Below, piece after piece: positions 38,677-50,108 of a DNA stretch of 64,000 nucleotides. The first letter of the stretch is position 1, and the number at the start of each line of letters is the position of its first letter. Below the pieces are notes generated by a model, which saw only the letters and a list, made by a program, of their open reading frames with translations, was not told the origin of the DNA and made no database searches. Where the stretch lies: NCBI GenBank assembly GCA_964504135.1, contig CAZDCW010000003.1, forward strand, positions 427 through 64,426. Reading direction: 5' to 3'. This DNA is from an uncultured Methanosarcinales archaeon. GTDB taxonomy: Archaea > Nanobdellota > Nanobdellia > Woesearchaeales > UBA10216. A program made the position numbers and the translations under genes.

Positions 38677-40165
38677 CCAGGAGATTCTTTTGAGGAAGTA
38701 TTTTGATGAGCAGTCGTTCATCAAGTCAGACATAGAGTCCTTCAATAACTTTATTGATGTTGAGCTTCCAAGGATTATTGCGGAGAACAGCGAGATTGAG
38801 CCGACGATAATTCCTCCAAATGTTGACGAGTTTAAGATAAAGTTTGACAAGGTCAGGGTTACCAAGCCGCAGATTATTGAGTCTGACGGAAGCGGTGAGA
38901 ATGAGGCCAAGTTTCCGATTGAGTCGAGGCTCAGGAAGATGACCTATGCTGCTCCTATGTACATTACTGTTAGCGCCCATATTAACGGCGCGCAGCGGGA
39001 ATCCTTTGAGACCCAGATTGGGAATCTGCCTATTATGCTGAAGTCCAAGCAATGCCACCTGTACAGGCTGTCGAGGGAGGAGTTGATTGCGAGGGGCGAG
39101 GACCCTGATGACCCTGGCGGGTACTTCATTATCAACGGCACTGAGAAGGTGCTGGTTAAGGTTGAGGACCTGGCCGCAAACAGGTTTATTACAGACACGG
39201 ATAGTTCAAGCACGAGCAGGTTTGTTGGCAAGATTTTCTCTGAGTACAGCTCTTATAAGATCCCTCATTTGATTGAGAGGCTGAGGGACGGCATCTTCTA
39301 TCTTACTTTCACCAGGGTTAGGAGGATGCCTGTGATTGTTATCATTAAGGCGCTCGGCCTTATTAAGGACGAGGAGATTAGCAGGTTTATCTCGGCTGAG
39401 AGGCATTTTGATGAGATAATCGTTAATCTGCTTGAGGCGGCTGACATAAAGACAGAGGAGGACGCAGTGGATTATCTTGCAAAGAGGTCTGGCATTACCC
39501 AGTCCAAGGAGATAAGGATTGAGAGGATGCGTGAGCTGCTTGACAAGTACCTTCTGCCCCATCTCGGCACGTCGCCGAGGGACAGGCCGGTTAAGGCGTA
39601 TAATCTTTGCAAGATGCTGAAGAAGCTCATCCTCACTTTCAGGGGCGAGCTGGAGCTGGATGACAAGGATAACTATGCGAACAAGCGGCTCAAGCTGAGC
39701 GGCGACTTGCTTGCAGACCTTATCAGGGTTAACATGAAGGTACTTATTGGCGACCTTCTTTACAACTTTCAGCGGATAGTCAAGCGTGGGAAGTTTCCTA
39801 CCATTAAGGTTATTATACGCGAAAAGCTTCTTACGTCAAGGATTTACAGTTCTATGGCTACAGGGACGTGGACAGGCGGCCGCAAGGGCATCAGCCAGAG
39901 GATTCAGAGGCTTAATTATCTGGAGACCATGTCCCATCTTCAGAGGGTTGTCAGTCCCCTGTCGGCGACGCAGGAGAATTTTGAGGCGAGGGAGTTGCAC
40001 AGCACGCATCTTGGGAGGCTCTGCCCGATTGAGACTCCTGAGGGTACTAATATCGGGCTCAAGAAGAACCTTGCCCTGCTCGCGACTGTCAGCCAGGATA
40101 CTCCTGAGGATGAGCTTTTGAAGGCGTTGAGGTCGTTTGGCATGAAGCCGGTTGCTTTGAGGTAG
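38669..40165 (+). CDS. rpoB2: RNA polymerase subunit B''
   Basis: GGYFIINGTEKV, RLCPIETPEG.NIGL. Confidence 0.97.
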   Translation: MGSQEILLRKYFDEQSFIKSDIESFNNFIDVELPRIIAENSEIEPTIIPPNVDEFKIKFDKVRVTKPQIIESDGSGENEAKFPIESRLRKMTYAAPMYITVSAHINGAQRESFETQIGNLPIMLKSKQCHLYRLSREELIARGEDPDDPGGYFIINGTEKVLVKVEDLAANRFITDTDSSSTSRFVGKIFSEYSSYKIPHLIERLRDGIFYLTFTRVRRMPVIVIIKALGLIKDEEISRFISAERHFDEIIVNLLEAADIKTEEDAVDYLAKRSGITQSKEIRIERMRELLDKYLLPHLGTSPRDRPVKAYNLCKMLKKLILTFRGELELDDKDNYANKRLKLSGDLLADLIRVNMKVLIGDLLYNFQRIVKRGKFPTIKVIIREKLLTSRIYSSMATGTWTGGRKGISQRIQRLNYLETMSHLQRVVSPLSATQENFEARELHSTHLGRLCPIETPEGTNIGLKKNLALLATVSQDTPEDELLKALRSFGMKPVALR

Positions 40166-40166
40166 G

Positions 40167-41969
40167 ATGGCTGAGGTCTATTTAAGCGGAAAGTTTGTGG
40201 GCGTAGTTGATAATCCTGCCGAGTTTGCGGAGAGGCTGAGGGAGGAGCGGAGAAAGGCAGCCCTTCCTGATGGCGTTAACGTTTGCTATGACCAGGAGGC
40301 CAATGTTGTTCAGGTGGAGGCTGGCAGGGGCAGGCTCAGGCGTCCGCTGATTATCGTCAGGGATGGGAAGCCTCTTTTGGCTGAGAGCCATTTAAGGCAG
40401 CTGGAGAGGAAGGAGATCAGCTGGTCAGACTTGGTCAGGCAGGGCATAATTGAGTATCTTGATGCGGCAGAGGAGGATAATGCGCTTGTCGCCTTCTTTG
40501 AGGCCGATTTGACTCCAAAGCACACCCATCTGGAAATTACTCCCCTTGCCATTTTCGGGCTGATTACTTCGCTTGTCCCTTATGCTAATTTCAACTCGGC
40601 GCAGAAGGTGAATACTGGCTCAAAGAACCAGAAGCAGGCTCTTGGTTTTTATTCCGCAAATTATCCGATTAGGATGGATATGGACGTAAACCTCCTGCAT
40701 TATCCTCAGGCGCCGATAGTGAGGTCGGTGATGCATGGAATTGGCGATTATGACCAGCACCCTTCTGGCCAGAATATTATTGTTGCGGTCATGAGTTATA
40801 AGGGCTATAATATGGAGGACGCGGTCATAATAAACAAGGCGAGCATTGACAGGGGTTTTGGCCGCGGGAGCTATTACAGGCCGATGATTGCTGAGGAGCT
40901 CAGGTACAGCGGCGGGCTGGTTGATGAGATTCAGATTCCGAACAAGGATATCAAGGGTTACAAGAGTGAGAAAGATTATCGTTATCTTGAGGAGGACGGC
41001 ATTATTTATCCTGAGGCCCAGGTGAGGGAGGGTGATGTGGTGATTGGCAAGACCTCTCCTCCAAGGTTCCTGAGCGGCGTTGACCAGTATAGGCTGGCGA
41101 CAGACACCCGTCGGGAAAGCTCGCTTACGATGAAGCATGGGGAGGAAGGGATTGTTGACATGATTCTTATTACTGAGAATGCAGAGGGAAACAAGCTGAT
41201 TCAGGTTAAGCTGAGGGACCAAAGGATTCCTGAGGTTGGTGACAAGCTGACTTCCAGGCACGGCCAGAAGGGCGTGGTTGGCTTGATAGTTCCGGCTGCG
41301 GATATGCCTTTTACAGCCTCAGGAATAACGCCTGACCTGCTTTTCAGCCCGCATGGGATTCCGAGCAGGATGACGATGGCGCATCTTATAGAGCTTCTTG
41401 CAGGAAAGGTCGGCGCGCTGTCAGGAAGGTATGTTGATGGCACGATTTTCAATTCAGAGCCTGAGGAGGCTGTCAGGAAGGAGCTTCAGGGCCTGGGCTT
41501 CAGGGACGATGGGCTTGAGGCCATGTATAATGGCGAGACAGGCGAGAGGTTCATGGTCAGGATTTTTGTTGGAAATATGTATTACCTCAGGCTTAAGCAC
41601 ATGGTGGCTAATAAGCTTCATTCAAGGGCGCGGGGCCCGATTCAGCTTCTTACAAGGCAGCCGACAGAGGGACGGGCGAAGGAGGGCGGGCTTAGGCTTG
41701 GTGAGATGGAGAAGGATACCTTTGTGGCTCATGGCGCGTCGCTCCTGCTGAAGGAGAGGTTTGACTCGGACAGGACTATTGTGCCTGTTTGTGAGGGATG
41801 CGGCCTTGTCGCCATTCATGATGACTATAGGAAGCGCAACTATTGCCAGAACTGCGAGGAGTCTACGGAGATTAACTTCATAGAGATCAGCTATGCTTTC
41901 AAGCTGATGCTGGACGAGTTTAAGAGCATGTGCATTTATCCTAAGATGCAGCTGAAGAACAAGTACTGA
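40167..41969 (+). CDS. rpoB1: RNA polymerase subunit B'
   Basis: GYNMED, GDKLTSRHGQKG, GGLRLGEME, C-terminal Zn ribbon. Confidence 0.97.
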   Translation: MAEVYLSGKFVGVVDNPAEFAERLREERRKAALPDGVNVCYDQEANVVQVEAGRGRLRRPLIIVRDGKPLLAESHLRQLERKEISWSDLVRQGIIEYLDAAEEDNALVAFFEADLTPKHTHLEITPLAIFGLITSLVPYANFNSAQKVNTGSKNQKQALGFYSANYPIRMDMDVNLLHYPQAPIVRSVMHGIGDYDQHPSGQNIIVAVMSYKGYNMEDAVIINKASIDRGFGRGSYYRPMIAEELRYSGGLVDEIQIPNKDIKGYKSEKDYRYLEEDGIIYPEAQVREGDVVIGKTSPPRFLSGVDQYRLATDTRRESSLTMKHGEEGIVDMILITENAEGNKLIQVKLRDQRIPEVGDKLTSRHGQKGVVGLIVPAADMPFTASGITPDLLFSPHGIPSRMTMAHLIELLAGKVGALSGRYVDGTIFNSEPEEAVRKELQGLGFRDDGLEAMYNGETGERFMVRIFVGNMYYLRLKHMVANKLHSRARGPIQLLTRQPTEGRAKEGGLRLGEMEKDTFVAHGASLLLKERFDSDRTIVPVCEGCGLVAIHDDYRKRNYCQNCEESTEINFIEISYAFKLMLDEFKSMCIYPKMQLKNKY

Positions 41970-41971
41970 AA

Positions 41972-44638
41972 ATGGAAGACGAAAAGCCAGAGGCGGTAGC
42001 TGAGGAAATGGAGCTTGAGGAGGTAAAGGCGCCGGAGGCAGCTCCTGTGGAGAGGAAGCCTATTGAGGAGGAGCAGGTTGTTTACAAGCAGGTGAGCCAG
42101 GTTCAGTTTGGCCTTCTGAGCCCGAAGATGATAAAGAAGATGGCCTCTGCCAAGATTGTAACTCCTGAGCTTTATGACAAGGAAGGCTATCCTGTTGACG
42201 GCGGCCTGATGGACATAAGGCTTGGGGTGATTGACCCTGGCCTCAGGTGCAAGACCTGCGGCAGCAAGCTCAAGGAGTGCGTTGGCCACTTTGGCTATAT
42301 TTCGCTCGCCAGGCCAATAATACATTTGAACTTTTCAGGGGTTATACTGACGCTTCTGAGGTGTACCTGCCGCGAGTGCGGCCGCATTTTGATTCCCCAG
42401 GACAAGCTGGACAAGTACTCGGAGAAGCTGAGGCAGTATGGGAAGGAGAAGGGTGAGGAGCTGCTGCGCAAGAAGATTAGGGAGGTAATCCAGCGGCTTG
42501 GGAACAAGTGCCCTCATTGCAAGGCCAAGCAGGGCAAGGTTGCCATAGAGAAGCCGACGACATTCCTTGAGGATGACAAGCGGATTTCGCCAATAGAGAT
42601 CAGGACAAGGCTGGAGAAGATAAGCGATTCTGATGCAGAGCTTTTCGGCCTTAACACAAAGATTGCCAGGCCTGAATGGACAGTCCTTACCGTCCTTCCG
42701 ATTCCGCCGGTCACTATGCGGCCTTCGATTACCCTGGAGACAGGCGAGCGGAGTGAGGACGATTTGACTCATAAGCTGGGCGACATTGTCCGGATAAACC
42801 AGAGGCTGTTTGAGAATATTAACGCAGGCGCTCCTGAGATAATTGTTGAGGACCTTTGGGATTTGCTTCAGTATCACATTACTACATTTTTTGACAATGA
42901 GGTGGCGCAGCTTCCTCCGGCAAGGCACAGGTCAGGCCAGCCTCTGAAGACGCTGACAGAGCGGATAAAGAGCAAGGAGGGAAGGATTAGGCATAACCTT
43001 GCGGGCAAGAGGACTAACTTCTCTGCAAGGACTGTTATCAGCCCTGACCCTATGCTGGACATTACTGAGGTTGGCGTTCCTGAGGTGATGGCTCTTAAGT
43101 TGACTGTGCCTGAAAGGGTCACCCAGTGGAACATGGGCTACCTGAAAAAATTTGTGGAGAAGGGCCCAAAGAAGTATCCTGGCGCCAATTACATTGTGAG
43201 GCCTGATGGGAAGAAGAAGAAGCTTACTGAGGAGACTATTGAGCAGGCCCTTGAGGAGCTGCAGCCTGGTTATGTTGTTGAAAGGCATCTGATGGACGGC
43301 GACATAGCGATATTCAACAGGCAGCCGTCCCTGCACAGGATGAGCATGATGGTCCATCATATTAGGGTTTTGCCTTTCAAGACCTTGAGGCTTAATCCCG
43401 CGGTGTGCTTCCCGTATAACGCAGACTTTGATGGCGATGAGATGAACCTTCATATCCCGCAGACTGAGGAGGCGATGGCCGAGGCCGAGATTCTGATGCT
43501 TGTCCAGACTCAGCTTATCAGCCCAAGGTATGGGCTTGCGGTCATTGGCTGCGTTCAGGATGCCATTTCAGGGAATTATCTTCTTACCCAGAAAAGCTTT
43601 TCTATGGGCAGGGAGGCTGCTATAGACCTTCTTGCAAGGGCTGAGGTACCCGAGCTCGGGAGGCTTCCCAGGAAGGAAACCGTTACAGGAAAGGAGATTT
43701 TCAGCGTCATTTTGCCTGAGGACTTCGGCTTTGTTGGGCGTTCAAAGTCGCCTGAGGAGCCTGAGGTTGTAATCGAGGGCGGGAAGCTGGTGTCAGGCGT
43801 GATGGACAAGAACAACCTGGGCGAGGGTTCAGGGCTGCTTCTCAGGAACATACATCATAAGTATGGCGAGAAGAAGGCTGTGGAGTTCATCGGGAAGGTT
43901 TTCAGGCTGGGCATTCAGGTTCTGATGAAAAGGGGCTTTACTACAACTGTGTCAGACACAGACCTTCCTGAAAAAATAAGCAGGGAGGTCAGGCAGTTGC
44001 TTGATTCAAGCAGAAATGGTGTAAATGAGCTGATAAGGCAGTACAGGGAGGGGCAGCTTGAGGCTTTCCCGGGAAGGACGCTGAGGGAGACACTTGAGCT
44101 TAAGATTATGGAAGTGCTGAACAGGGCAAGGAATGAGGCTGGCCTTATAGTTTCCAGGAATGCTGACAGGAGCAGCCATACGATGATTATGGCGCTTTCA
44201 GGCGCAAGGGGCACTACCATCAACCTGGCCCAGATGGCCGCTACGGTTGGCCAGCAGGCCCTCAGGGCAAAGAGGATTGAAAAGGGGTATAAGCACCGCA
44301 CCTTAAGCTGCTTTGAGAGGAATGACATCGGGCCAGAGGCGCATGGGTTTATCAAGAATTGTTTCAAGAAGGGCCTTTCCCCGCCTGAGTTCTTCTTCCA
44401 GGCAATGGTTGGCAGGGATAGCCTTATGGATACTGCGCTTAGGACGCCGAAATCAGGCTACCTGTACAGGAGGCTGGCCAACGCCATGCAGGACCTTAAG
44501 GTTGAGTACGATCATACGGTCAGGGATGCAAGCAGGAGGATTATCCAGTTTAGTTATGGCGAGGACGGGATTGACGTTTCAAAGTCAGAGGCTGGAAAGA
44601 TAAATGTGAAGCGCATAATTGCCGAGGTCATGGAATAA
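41972..44638 (+). CDS. rpoA1: RNA polymerase subunit A'
   Basis: Catalytic [25 protein letters not shown]. Confidence 0.98.
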   Translation: MEDEKPEAVAEEMELEEVKAPEAAPVERKPIEEEQVVYKQVSQVQFGLLSPKMIKKMASAKIVTPELYDKEGYPVDGGLMDIRLGVIDPGLRCKTCGSKLKECVGHFGYISLARPIIHLNFSGVILTLLRCTCRECGRILIPQDKLDKYSEKLRQYGKEKGEELLRKKIREVIQRLGNKCPHCKAKQGKVAIEKPTTFLEDDKRISPIEIRTRLEKISDSDAELFGLNTKIARPEWTVLTVLPIPPVTMRPSITLETGERSEDDLTHKLGDIVRINQRLFENINAGAPEIIVEDLWDLLQYHITTFFDNEVAQLPPARHRSGQPLKTLTERIKSKEGRIRHNLAGKRTNFSARTVISPDPMLDITEVGVPEVMALKLTVPERVTQWNMGYLKKFVEKGPKKYPGANYIVRPDGKKKKLTEETIEQALEELQPGYVVERHLMDGDIAIFNRQPSLHRMSMMVHHIRVLPFKTLRLNPAVCFPYNADFDGDEMNLHIPQTEEAMAEAEILMLVQTQLISPRYGLAVIGCVQDAISGNYLLTQKSFSMGREAAIDLLARAEVPELGRLPRKETVTGKEIFSVILPEDFGFVGRSKSPEEPEVVIEGGKLVSGVMDKNNLGEGSGLLLRNIHHKYGEKKAVEFIGKVFRLGIQVLMKRGFTTTVSDTDLPEKISREVRQLLDSSRNGVNELIRQYREGQLEAFPGRTLRETLELKIMEVLNRARNEAGLIVSRNADRSSHTMIMALSGARGTTINLAQMAATVGQQALRAKRIEKGYKHRTLSCFERNDIGPEAHGFIKNCFKKGLSPPEFFFQAMVGRDSLMDTALRTPKSGYLYRRLANAMQDLKVEYDHTVRDASRRIIQFSYGEDGIDVSKSEAGKINVKRIIAEVME

Positions 44639-44639
44639 G

Positions 44640-45779
44640 ATGGAGACTGAAGAGCTGCTGAAAAAATATGAGGACAGGCTCCCGTCAACTGTTATGGAGG
44701 AGGTTGTTGCCAATTTGCCGAAGAAGATTTCCGAGGCAAAGGCTAAGGAGATAATGGAAAGGGTTGAAAGCCAGTACAGGCAGATGCTCGCCGAGCCAGG
44801 CGAGAGCGTGGGCCTTATTTCTGCAGAGTCGATAGGAGAGCCCGGGACGCAAATGACGCTTAATACTTTTCACTTCGCAGGAGTAGCAGAAATGAACATC
44901 ACGACAGGCCTGCCAAGGATAATTGAGATTTTGGACGGGAGGAAGAACATTGCCACTCCCATGATGGAGATTTTCCTCAGGAAGCCTTATTCGCAGGGCA
45001 AGGACATAAAGAAGATAGCGCTTTATGTGAAGGAGACCAGGCTGGCCGACATATCGTCTGAAATCGTCTTGAACCTCGCCGAGTCCCGGATTGAGGTATC
45101 CCTTGATGATGAGAAGGCAAGGGAGCTCAACATTACAGAGGCGAATCTCCTTAAGGCGCTGAAGAACACCAACAAGAACCTGTCAGTTGAGGTTAAGAAG
45201 GGCGCTTTTATATTCAGGCTCAAGAGCAAGGAGGAAAACCCTAACGAGATATACAAGTACAAGGAAAAAATCAAGGACAGCTATATCAGGGGGGTTCGCG
45301 GAATCACACAGGTCCTTCCGGTGAAGAAGGATGGCGAGTTCATGATTATAACCTCAGGCAGCAACCTGAAGAAGATGCTTTCGCTTCCGTTCGTGGACGC
45401 TACAAGGACGACTACAAATGACATTTTTGAGATTGAGGAAGTGCTTGGCATTGAGGCGGCAAGGCAGGCGCTGATAAGCGAGGTGTTCAAGGTCATTGAG
45501 AACCAGGGGCTGAACGTTGACATCAGACATTTGATGCTGGTCGCTGACACAATGTGCTTCAACGGAAGCCTGAAGGGCATTACAAGGTATGGGGTTGTGA
45601 GGGAGAAGGCGAGCGTGCTTGCCAGGGCTTCTTTTGAGACGCCGATAAAGCACATAATAAGCGCCTCGCTTACAGGAGAGATTGACAGGCTCAACTCTGT
45701 GGTTGAAAACGTGATGCTTAACCAGCCTGTGCCGATAGGGACCGGCCTGCCAAAGCTGGTTATGAAGGGGCAGGGATGA
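44640..45779 (+). CDS. rpoA2: RNA polymerase subunit A''
   Basis: [29 protein letters not shown]. Confidence 0.97.
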   Translation: METEELLKKYEDRLPSTVMEEVVANLPKKISEAKAKEIMERVESQYRQMLAEPGESVGLISAESIGEPGTQMTLNTFHFAGVAEMNITTGLPRIIEILDGRKNIATPMMEIFLRKPYSQGKDIKKIALYVKETRLADISSEIVLNLAESRIEVSLDDEKARELNITEANLLKALKNTNKNLSVEVKKGAFIFRLKSKEENPNEIYKYKEKIKDSYIRGVRGITQVLPVKKDGEFMIITSGSNLKKMLSLPFVDATRTTTNDIFEIEEVLGIEAARQALISEVFKVIENQGLNVDIRHLMLVADTMCFNGSLKGITRYGVVREKASVLARASFETPIKHIISASLTGEIDRLNSVVENVMLNQPVPIGTGLPKLVMKGQG

Positions 45780-46048
45780 GTGGAATGGACATTACATCCG
45801 AGTTAAAGAAGGCGATTAAGGAGAACAACGCGGTAATAGGCACTGAGAGGACCATAAAGGAGCTGAAGACAGGAAAGTTAGTGAAAGTGTATCTGTCAAG
45901 CAACTGCCCGGCGAGGGTAAAAGCGGATGTAGAAACTTACAGCAGGATGGCAAATGCGGCTGTGGAAATGCTTTCAGTTCCCAATGATGAGCTTGGCGTA
46001 ATCTGCAAGAAGCCATACTCAATCTCAGTTCTCGGGCTCAAAGCATGA
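45776..46048 (+). CDS. rpl30e: 50S ribosomal protein L30e
   Basis: [21 protein letters not shown]; conserved position. Confidence 0.95.
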   Translation: MSGMDITSELKKAIKENNAVIGTERTIKELKTGKLVKVYLSSNCPARVKADVETYSRMANAAVEMLSVPNDELGVICKKPYSISVLGLKA

Positions 46049-46467
46049 GCAGGCCAAAAATCCTTTACGACAGCAACACTCTGCAGACAATAAGCCTCTT
46101 CGAAAGGATAACAGGGACTGAGGCCAAGGACTGCTTCACAAGCAACGAGACGCTCTATTTTGTGTTGGCAACAGAAAACATGGGCAAGGCAATAGGAAAG
46201 GATGGGGCCAGGATAAAGAGGCTGCAGGCAATGATGAACCGCAGGATCAGGCTGCTGGAGTTCAGCCCTGATTTGGCAACATTTATAAAGAATCTGATTT
46301 ATCCTACGAAGGCAAAGCAGGTAGTTGCCGACGGGGGAATCGTCACAATAACAGGGGAGGACGTAAAAGGCAGGGCAATGCTCATAGGCAGGAACTCGTC
46401 AAACCTGCAAAGGCTGAAGGATATTGTGGGCCGGTATTTTGAGGTTACGGAGATAAGGGTTTCATAG
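46045..46467 (+). CDS. nusA: Archaeal NusA (two KH domains)
   Basis: AIGKDGARI, LIGRNSSNL; conserved position. Confidence 0.95.
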   Translation: MSRPKILYDSNTLQTISLFERITGTEAKDCFTSNETLYFVLATENMGKAIGKDGARIKRLQAMMNRRIRLLEFSPDLATFIKNLIYPTKAKQVVADGGIVTITGEDVKGRAMLIGRNSSNLQRLKDIVGRYFEVTEIRVS

Positions 46468-46470
46468 CAT

Positions 46471-46908
46471 ATGTCAAAGAAAACACGCGGCCTGAACGCC
46501 GGGAAGAAGCTGAGGGAGAAGCGCGCCCGCTTTAGGTGGTCCCAGGAGAAGTACATCAAAAGGGTTCTTCAGCTGAAGGCGAGGTCAGATCCGCTTGAGG
46601 GCGCTTCACAGGCAAAGGGCTTGGTTCTGGAGAAGGTTGAGATTGAGGCCAAGCAGCCTAACTCAGCAATGAGGAAGGCTGTGAGGGTGCAGCTTATCAA
46701 AAATGGAAGGCAGGTCACTGCCTTCGCACCTGGTGACGGCGCCATTAAGATGATGGACGAGCACGATGAGGTGGTCATTGAGTGCATTGGCGGTAACAAG
46801 GGCCGTGCAAAGGGCGACATTCCTGGCGTCAGGTGGCAGGTGATTAAGGTAAATGACCAGTCGCTGAGGGCGCTCCTGTCAGGAAAGCTGGAGAAGGCTA
46901 GGAAGTAG
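46471..46908 (+). CDS. rps12: 30S ribosomal protein S12
   Basis: [19 protein letters not shown]. Confidence 0.98.
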   Translation: MSKKTRGLNAGKKLREKRARFRWSQEKYIKRVLQLKARSDPLEGASQAKGLVLEKVEIEAKQPNSAMRKAVRVQLIKNGRQVTAFAPGDGAIKMMDEHDEVVIECIGGNKGRAKGDIPGVRWQVIKVNDQSLRALLSGKLEKARK

Positions 46909-46987
46909 GGCTTGTTTTGATTAGTTAGTGGTTGGTTGTAGGTAGTCTGTTTAATCCTATAGTACAAAGGTATTGAACATTCCAAAA

Positions 46988-47064
46988 CAGTGCACGAAGC
47001 CAAACCGTATGCTTACCAATTCCCGAAAGGGGGATGCTAAAACAAGGCAGGAACAGCCTGCTAC
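46988..47064 (+). repeat. Family B long copy, preceded by a GT-rich tract (about 46913-46950)
   Basis: cagtgcacgaag..accgtatgcttaccaattcccgaaagggg..gcaggaacagcctgctac. Confidence 0.85.
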
Positions 47065-47136
47065 AGTGAGTTAGGATAGGCGGCTATTGAAGATAAGCAT
47101 AATCTTTATAACCCCGGATTCCTGCAAATTCCCTTT

Positions 47137-47406
47137 ATGTTGCTTGTCCGGGCTGTTAAGTTCGTCCTCTTCTCCGTTATCATGATTGGTCTGGTGAAGC
47201 TGCAGACAGTCCCTGCCTATTTCATGGTCATCATAGGCGCTTGTTTTCTGATTTACGGGCTTTCCGGGATAGTCACGCGGGATTTTTACAGGTTTCCACT
47301 TTATTCGGCGGCAGCCCTGTGCATCCTGATTGTTTTGGTCGGTTACGCCAGCGTTTACATTCTTGCTGCGATGTTATTTGCCCTTATGCTTGACGTCTTT
47401 GTATAG
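47137..47406 (+). CDS. Small hydrophobic membrane protein
   Basis: 89 aa, almost entirely hydrophobic; tttataa upstream. Confidence 0.6.
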   Translation: MLLVRAVKFVLFSVIMIGLVKLQTVPAYFMVIIGACFLIYGLSGIVTRDFYRFPLYSAAALCILIVLVGYASVYILAAMLFALMLDVFV

Positions 47407-47877
47407 CTCGGCTTCCAGCTTCAGTACAAGGGGCTCTGCCCTTGTGATTTTTTCCTGGTATTGCGGATACCTTTTCCTCAGGTCTGCAAGCCTCTCCTTT
47501 ACAGGAACTACCTTGTGGTGCATTACCCGCTTGTCCGCGTAGTATAGTACTTTCTGCTCTATCGTCTTTGGGCGGTTTTTCCTGTCAAGGATGTAGTGCA
47601 GGGGATGGCTCAGGATTACTTCCGCAACTTCCCTGTAGCCATGCTTCACAAGCAGGTTAAAGCCTGCCTTTTCATGCTCTGGCTGCAGCTTGCCAATGTC
47701 ATGGAGGATTGCTGATGAGTCCAGCAGCCTGAGGTTCACTTTTTTCCCCTTTTTGTCCAGTTCTGCCGCAACTTCAGCAGCAACCCGTGACACGACTATG
47801 CTGTGCCTTATTACATTGTCAGGCACGTTGTGCTGCCAGAGCAGCTGGAAGGACTCCTGCCTTGAGGGGATTGCCAC
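47374..47877 (-). CDS. HD-domain (HDIG) phosphohydrolase
   Basis: RHS..V, LHDIGK, HE..G, YYADKR; GTG start inferred. Confidence 0.9.
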   Translation of the reverse strand: MAIPSRQESFQLLWQHNVPDNVIRHSIVVSRVAAEVAAELDKKGKKVNLRLLDSSAILHDIGKLQPEHEKAGFNLLVKHGYREVAEVILSHPLHYILDRKNRPKTIEQKVLYYADKRVMHHKVVPVKERLADLRKRYPQYQEKITRAEPLVLKLEAELYKDVKHKGK

Positions 47878-47956
47878 GCGGTAACAAGGCGGGATGGGCT
47901 TTAATAAAAGTTTGCACTCCGAAAAGTATTTAATGCAGGCCCGCGCTGGGTGGATT

Positions 47957-48808
47957 ATGGTTCTTGAGCTCCTGATAAACCCGAAGGCGGCTGAGAGGAG
48001 TCCTTGGGAGCTTTTCTTCTTCGGGCTCGTGTATGCAAGCATAGCGATTGTCCTGGCGATGTGGATTTTCGCGGAGAAGGTGGGCCTGGTAATGGTGTTC
48101 CTTACCACCCTGTCATGCACTTATCTTATTCAGAGGACCCTCCGGATGGAGGAGAGGAAGGACCAGAAGTTCGCCAGCGAGATTAGGCTGCTCAGGGAGC
48201 ATGGGAAGGCCCTTACTTTTTTCATGTTCCTTTTCCTTGGCTTTACGGTTGCGTTCTCTTTGTGGTACATCCTGGCTCCGGCTGAGACTGCCCAGCGGAT
48301 ATTCGGGATTCAGATTGAGACGATTGAGTCCATAAACTCGGCTGTGACAGGCAACGCCATGTCAGGGGCTGCAGCGTTCACCAAGATATTCGCAAACAAC
48401 ATGCGTGTGCTTCTTTTCAGCTTTATCTTTGCAATCTTCTATGGGGCAGGTGCTGTTTTCATCCTTGCCTGGAACGCGGCTGTTGTCGGGACAGCTATTG
48501 GCAGCTTTGCCAGGTCTGGGCTGGCAGCGCTGGCAAATAAGGTTGGCCTGCTCGGAGTTGGCCATTATCTTGCAACCTATTCCCTGGGCCTGCTGAAATA
48601 CATGACTCACGGCTGGCTTGAGATACTTGCTTATTTCACCGCAGCCCTTGCTGGCGGGATTCTTTCTATGGCGCTGGTGAAGCACAGCCTTGGGAGTGAA
48701 GCTTTTAGGAGGACCCTGCGGGACTCGGTGGACCTTGCTCTTCTTAGTGTTTTGATGATTGTTGCCGCGGCAGGAATAGAGGTCTTTATCACTCCTGTTC
48801 TTTTTTAG
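47957..48808 (+). CDS. SpoIIM/DUF95 family membrane protein
   Basis: IFANN, ILAWNA.V.G, HGWLEI.AY. Confidence 0.9.
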   Translation: MVLELLINPKAAERSPWELFFFGLVYASIAIVLAMWIFAEKVGLVMVFLTTLSCTYLIQRTLRMEERKDQKFASEIRLLREHGKALTFFMFLFLGFTVAFSLWYILAPAETAQRIFGIQIETIESINSAVTGNAMSGAAAFTKIFANNMRVLLFSFIFAIFYGAGAVFILAWNAAVVGTAIGSFARSGLAALANKVGLLGVGHYLATYSLGLLKYMTHGWLEILAYFTAALAGGILSMALVKHSLGSEAFRRTLRDSVDLALLSVLMIVAAAGIEVFITPVLF

Positions 48809-49893
48809 GCTCTTAGCAGTTCTTGGTAGAGTTCCAGGTGCCGTTTTATGTTCTCTTCTATGCTGAATTTCCTGGGCCTTGATTTGGCGTACTTTCCTTT
48901 GTGCACCTTTTCCACCGCGGCAGCGATTGATTCAGGGTTTCTGGGCTCTGCCAGCAGGTATTTTCCTGACACTATCTCTGGAAGGGAGTTGATGCTGCTC
49001 GCCACAACAGGCTTTCCCATTGCGCAGGCCTCGGCAGCGACGTATCCAAAGCCTTCTGCAAGGCTTGGCACGACGATGCAGTCAGCGGCTGCTATGTAGT
49101 CTGGAAGCCTTTCATGGCTGACTGGCGGTATCAATATGGCCCTGCTGCTTGCCTCAAGTATTTTCCTTACCCTTGAATACCTGTCACTGTAGTCTGGAGT
49201 TATGATAAAGACCCATTTTAGGTTTGCAATTTTTGCCTTTTCCACAGCCATGGCCGCATACTCTATTCCTTTGCTGGGCGCGGCCCGGCCATATGTCAGG
49301 CATACGAAGCTGTTTCCGAGGCCAAGCTGCTTTCTTAATTTCTCGCCTTTGTGCTTTCTCGGGTTGAAGTGCGAATAGTCAACTCCGTTGTATATTACTG
49401 TTGAGTTTGGCTTTTTCAGCTGCCTTTTTGTTGATTCTGAAACGCATATATACCGGTCAAAGGGAATTCTGTATATGCACCATTCCATGAAATTAAGGAT
49501 GGCTGCCTTTACCTCCCCGACATCAGTGTACTCTTTCCATTTGCCTGTCCACACCTCATGGACTGTTATCACCGCAGGCCTTCCGGAAAAAAGCGAGGCG
49601 ATGAAGGCGGGTGCTGCTGATGCGAATGTGGTGGCGTGTATTATGTCAGCGTTCCTTGCGAGTGCAACAGCTTTTGGGATGCAGAGTATGGCGTACAGGT
49701 ACCTGTTGGGCGCATCTATCCTGTGTATCTTTACGCCGTTAAGTACCTCATGGCTTTTGCTTCCTGGAACCTTCCTTGTCAGTACAGTTACCTGCTGTCC
49801 TTTTGCCACAAGCCCTTCTGCAAGGTTTTTGAACAGCGTTTCAGCTCCTCCCTTGAATGGCCAGTAGTTGTCGAGTATGAAGAGTATTTTCAT
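48805..49893 (-). CDS. GT4 glycosyltransferase
   Basis: GGAE, KG, PSLAEGFG..AAEA.A.GKPVV. Confidence 0.95.
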   Translation of the reverse strand: MKILFILDNYWPFKGGAETLFKNLAEGLVAKGQQVTVLTRKVPGSKSHEVLNGVKIHRIDAPNRYLYAILCIPKAVALARNADIIHATTFASAAPAFIASLFSGRPAVITVHEVWTGKWKEYTDVGEVKAAILNFMEWCIYRIPFDRYICVSESTKRQLKKPNSTVIYNGVDYSHFNPRKHKGEKLRKQLGLGNSFVCLTYGRAAPSKGIEYAAMAVEKAKIANLKWVFIITPDYSDRYSRVRKILEASSRAILIPPVSHERLPDYIAAADCIVVPSLAEGFGYVAAEACAMGKPVVASSINSLPEIVSGKYLLAEPRNPESIAAAVEKVHKGKYAKSRPRKFSIEENIKRHLELYQELLRA

Positions 49894-50004
49894 CGCGTAT
49901 GTGTCATAGAAGTAAGTCCTAGTCCCATAGCCTTCTTGCTTCATCCTTTAGCTCCTGGGCTGTCTTGTCTGTTTCCCAAAAAATCTGCTCAGGTCGGCTT
50001 TCAT
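49894..50004 (-). pseudogene. Remnant of a vapBC-like pair (frameshifted antitoxin C-terminus plus first strand of a PIN toxin)
   Basis: LSRFFG / KTAQELKDEARRLWD* in different frames, then TYFYDTYA abutting the GT4 start. Confidence 0.5.
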
Positions 50005-50108
50005 CCGGTTTTATTTTTGCTTCATATTTAACGTAACGTGCAGATAAATGTGGCCAATATTTAAGCTTTCGCAAAAATTTATAGCTTGTGCAATAAAACA
50101 GGCCTCGT

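Noticed and set aside
38669..45779. Split rpoB and rpoA as unusual or frameshifted
   Set aside because: Normal organisation in many archaea; no intein-sized insertions were evident here or in PolB.
47878..48120. N-terminal extensions in the ORF track (HD protein; also 16130, 8647, 57513, 57607)
   Set aside because: They overlap neighbouring genes or promoters; downstream starts fit family boundaries and TATA/RBS positions.
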